This document shows positions 57,991 to 64,000 of a stretch of 64,000 nt of DNA, one piece after another. Position 1 is the first letter of the stretch. Each line of letters starts with the position of its first letter. The notes under the pieces were generated by a model. It was not told the origin of the DNA and searched no databases. It saw nothing but the letters and a program-made list of their open reading frames with translations. This DNA comes from the human T2T-CHM13v2.0 reference genome, Homo sapiens. Where the stretch lies: NCBI RefSeq assembly GCF_009914755.1, contig NC_060932.1. One strand, 5' to 3'. The position numbers were made by a program, and so were the translations under genes.

Positions 57991-58910
57991 AGTCATTGAC
58001 ATTAAATGAATCACATAAATCCAGGGCAATACTGTCACAACTAAAAGTATTTCAGAGATCTCACCATTCCATTATTCTGCAGTAACATTTATTCCATATT
58101 CTTTCATTTCTAAATCAAAGTCTGTCCATGGAAATAGCTAATTTTCCAGGGATACTGGAAAAAAGTTTCTGTAAACCAGATCCTACTTTAGTTTTCCACA
58201 TCTTCCTATTCTAAAGAGACCACTCAGTCACTCTAGTTTAAATAGTCTGAAAAGTAGTTCATTTTTTCAGAGTTTAGATAATGGCTAAAAGCTTCATGGT
58301 ACCAAGTGGTCAAGTCCTTAACCTCCTCCTTGATTCTGGGGGTCCGTTCTAATAAGCAGATTGTGCTAGAGCTGCTCCAGATCACACTGGTTTGTTCTTT
58401 TATGCCAAAAGCAAACTGCGGGTGGGCACTGCTCTGAATCTGTAGCAGCACGATGAGGAAAAACGACTAGAATGGCAGACACTGCCGTTCTTTCCTTCCC
58501 ATCGCCCACATGGCGTGTGGGAAATTCAGGGCTCTGCTTCTCTTGTAGGTAAGGCAGAATAGGACAAAATGAGGACAGATTCTATCATGGAGTGGGTTTG
58601 AAATAAGGAGACCCAGAGAAGAGTCTGGGTTCTGACAGTTCCTAGCCGACTAGTCTTGGGAACGAGAGTAAAAATTGTTCTTGCTCTACGTAATTATGTC
58701 AGATTTAGATGAGACATGCAAGAGCATTTGTAAATTATAAAGCACTATACATATGGAAACTATGGTACTTCCCCCTCATGGCAAGTTTATTTGACTGTTT
58801 CCATCATTAATTGGAAAGATCAATAGGCGGGAAGTAGTGGAAAGAATCAGATTCGGTGTGCCCTCAATTTGCCTGTGAAAAGGTCTTTAATATGGAAAGT
58901 TATCTGTAGA

Positions 58911-59257
<347 letters not shown>

Positions 59258-60950
59258 TGAAATATGAAATAATGGGAGGAAAGTAATGAAAAGGACAAAA
59301 GAAAATAATGGTAAAATCACCAATTAAATGAAAACTTTGTAGATCATTATATGTATATATATATGTGCATGTAAGCATACATAGACGTGCATATTCTTTA
59401 AATATGTACACATTTATTTACTCTGTATGTGCACAAAATATTTTTCTCTTGCAATGTTTTTATTTGGCTAACGTTAAAGTTATTTCAGATTACCTAGGGA
59501 AACAGCTATTATAGCACAGTATTAAAAACTACCACACAAAACTGCAGGAGGAGTTTTCTGAAAATGCAAAGTGCTGTTGAACTCTTCTCTTAATTCATAC
59601 AGAAAATATTACCCAGTCATAACAAACTACACAATATTACTTTCATTAAAATTGCTTCGGGCTAATTTATTGTCATAAAAGAAAGATATCAGACAGTTTG
59701 ACATGAAAATATAAGGTTATACTTAAATATAGTAGTACGACATAGGATGATATGTCTCCTATAACATTTTAGTATCCATAGCTTATTAGTTTTATGCATT
59801 GAATTATCCATAACAATCACTCTTTGTATTTAATTGAACTGTATAACCATTTTTGTTCTAGTTCAACAATTACATAACCTAGCTAGATACTTAAGCTGTT
59901 TCAGTAATCAATTAATGCTCCATTTAATACTCACATCAAAGAAATTATGTAATCTCTTCTGTATCATATTTTTCACATTCTGTCAAAAATTACATTATTA
60001 ATAACTTTTGCACACTTCATATTTGCTATAAAAAATTCTTGCATAAAGTAATCTTTTTACCATTAAGTAAATTAATGTTAGATTAAGTAGTTTTAAGATA
60101 ATATTGCTTAAAATACCTTCGGAACAGTTCTGAGCAGAATGTGCACATTTTAAATAAACGAGTCTTGTTTCCAAGAAATCTTTTAACGTTATTTGAGATA
60201 TTAAACTTGCAACAAATAACTTAAGCATGTATTAAGAACAGGAGTTAAGTAAGACTGGGGTGGAAACTAAACATTAGAACAAGATTAAATTATCCAACAT
60301 TTATTTTAGATTTTTATTTTAAAAGCAGAACAATGTTGCCTTTTCTTCAGTGCTAATAGGACCTTCCTCAGAAAGTGATATAGTACCTATTCCCCATTCT
60401 ACATAATGCAGGCAACAAAGCTCTTTAGACACACGACAGGAAATATGCCACGTCTAATATTTAAAATTCATATTTTACAGGATCCCATTATATTCTATTT
60501 TCGGGCAATGAACCTGCATTTGTAACAATCCATTTGTATTAGTGGTTCCAAAAGCTAATGTGGTTTCTCAAAATAGGTACTTTCCAACTTTTATGTAGGT
60601 TATAAACAGTACTTTTAAAAAACAGTGCCTTTTCACACTATCAGATGACTGAAAAGAAAAGGGCTTGTGAATATGCATTCTGAATAAAGCCTCGGAGGCT
60701 CCACGCATCTGCTATTTTCTCCATAAAACTCCTTTTTATATTTTATCCAGTAGCAGCCACTGAAAACTGATTTTTAGTCCAATATTCCTTGAGGTGTGAG
60801 GCTGACTTTATGAAGGGTTTCTGTACTGCCAACTGCATTAACCATATAGTATAAGTAATTCCATTATTTAGAAGGTTATTAGCATTTCCTTGGTTCTTTG
60901 TGGATTCAAAGTTTTGTTTTGGTTTTGTTTTTTCAATTGCTTGGCCATAG

Positions 60951-61326
<376 letters not shown>

Positions 61327-61327
61327 G

Positions 61328-61544
61328 AAGTGGTTTTCAAATGGGAGTGATTTCACCCCAGCCTGGGGAGGGCACTTAACATTTGACAATGTCTGGAGGT
61401 ACTTTTGATTGTTATGACTGACGGATGCTTCTGGCGTCTAGTGGATAGAGGCCAGGGATGCTCCCATACACCCTACACTGCCCAGACCCTGTAGAAAAGA
61501 ATGATCCAGACTCATGTCAACAGTGCTGCTGTTGAGAAACCCTT
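61328..61544 (+). mobile_element. MER20 (hAT-Charlie MITE)
   Basis: AAGTGGTTTTCAA...ACATTTGACAATGTCTGGAG...CTGGCGTCTAGTGGATAGAGGCCAGGGATGCT...ATGTCAACAGTGCTGCTGTTGAGAAACCCT. Confidence 0.88.
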
Positions 61545-62294
61545 GTCTATGTCATGGGTTGAGTTTGTGGTTTTGGTCATTTTTATGACAAACTGTGAGT
61601 TGAGAGATGAGGTCAACAATGAGATGTTTCACTTAGGAATAAAGACAGCTCAAATTCTAAATCCGGCAATAAGTCTATATATTTTTAAAGAATCACTTAG
61701 ATATGGACTAGGTAATTTGTACAATGTGCTATAATTACCCAACTCTTCTAGGGCCTTTAGCACTATTCCAGGTGTTTAGGTGTGGTGTTCAAAAGAAGAA
61801 TCAAAGAGCCTTGATTGTCTCAGGCTTACAACTCTGTTAACTCAAAATAAACATACACTGTATTACACAAACTTTGGAGTTATAATCACTCTCGGTGACT
61901 ATAGAATAACAAAATAAATTCTTCAAACTACACATAAAACTGCCACTTGTTATGATCAAAACCTAAAAGCTCTAAGAAAAATTACCGATTTGTTAGTTAG
62001 GATTCTATTTATCCTTTCATGCGAAAAACTAATTATTTGTTTGCAAGATGCTGCATCTTCATTAAAATCATTAGTATTCTGAGTAGATGGCACTATTAAT
62101 TTTATGAATGGAATTGAAATTTCACTACTATGTTCCATACGGTTCTTAGGACAAGTGAGTATCCCCTCAAGATGTTATCTGTGTAAAAAGGGTAATTCTT
62201 CATAGGTACACAAAGTAGTTACATGTAATTCACAGTATGCATTATTTTTTAAGTAGTCTTACTAGATAGCAGGCAGGAATTATAAATTGTTCAG

Positions 62295-62515
62295 ATATAA
62301 ATATATGTATAAAGTTGTATATATACACACATTATAATTTATGTTTACCTATATGTAGATTTTACAGATATATATTATTATATATACTTACAGAGAAATG
62401 TATATGTATATATGTGTGTGTATATAGATAATAAGTGTGTATATGTATGTATATGTGTGTGATATATATATACACACACACACACACCCCCACACAGAGA
62501 GAGAGAGAGAGAGGG
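62295..62515. repeat. Compound (TA)/(TG)/(CA)/(GA) low-complexity microsatellite
   Basis: Alternating purine-pyrimidine runs ending (CA)n and (GA)n. Confidence 0.85.
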
Positions 62516-62663
62516 GAGATTGACACTACTTTAGAGCAATATAAAGTCATCGTTTCAATTTTTCTAACAAAGGGGAGTCTATGACCAGGTTCTCTTCTAG
62601 AAAAGCAAGTAAACTAATTAAGTCCTTAATTTGGAATGTATTTCATACTTTTTAGGAAGTATA

Positions 62664-64000
<1,337 letters not shown>

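Overview
Primate genomic DNA (almost certainly human), AT-rich and mostly intronic. The only host-gene coding sequence is one 243-nt phase-0/phase-0 exon on the minus strand (26556-26798). Its translation matches my recollection of TOX (thymocyte selection-associated HMG box) exon 3, about aa 57-137. On that basis 1-26555 is the downstream intron (intron 3) and 26799-64000 the upstream intron (intron 2). The largest element is a full-length young LINE-1 (1938-8009, + strand, antisense to TOX). It has ACG/A 3'UTR diagnostics, an 11-bp TSD, intact ORF1 and ORF0, and an ORF2 broken by a single nonsense change (R49*). The rest is Alus, MIR and L2 remnants, MaLR/ERVL LTRs, MER20/MER3/Tigger1 DNA transposons, a decayed hAT-like transposase remnant, microsatellites and a 38-bp palindromic E-box minisatellite. 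I see no prokaryotic or CRISPR-type system, and nothing here demonstrates a new biological system. The best leads are the L1 antisense promoter/ORF0 pointing into downstream TOX exons, the hairpin E-box array, two independent insertions at the same base of MER20 terminal repeats, and a possibly EN-less, RT-intact ORF2. Repeat family names come from recalled consensus sequences, not from a database search.
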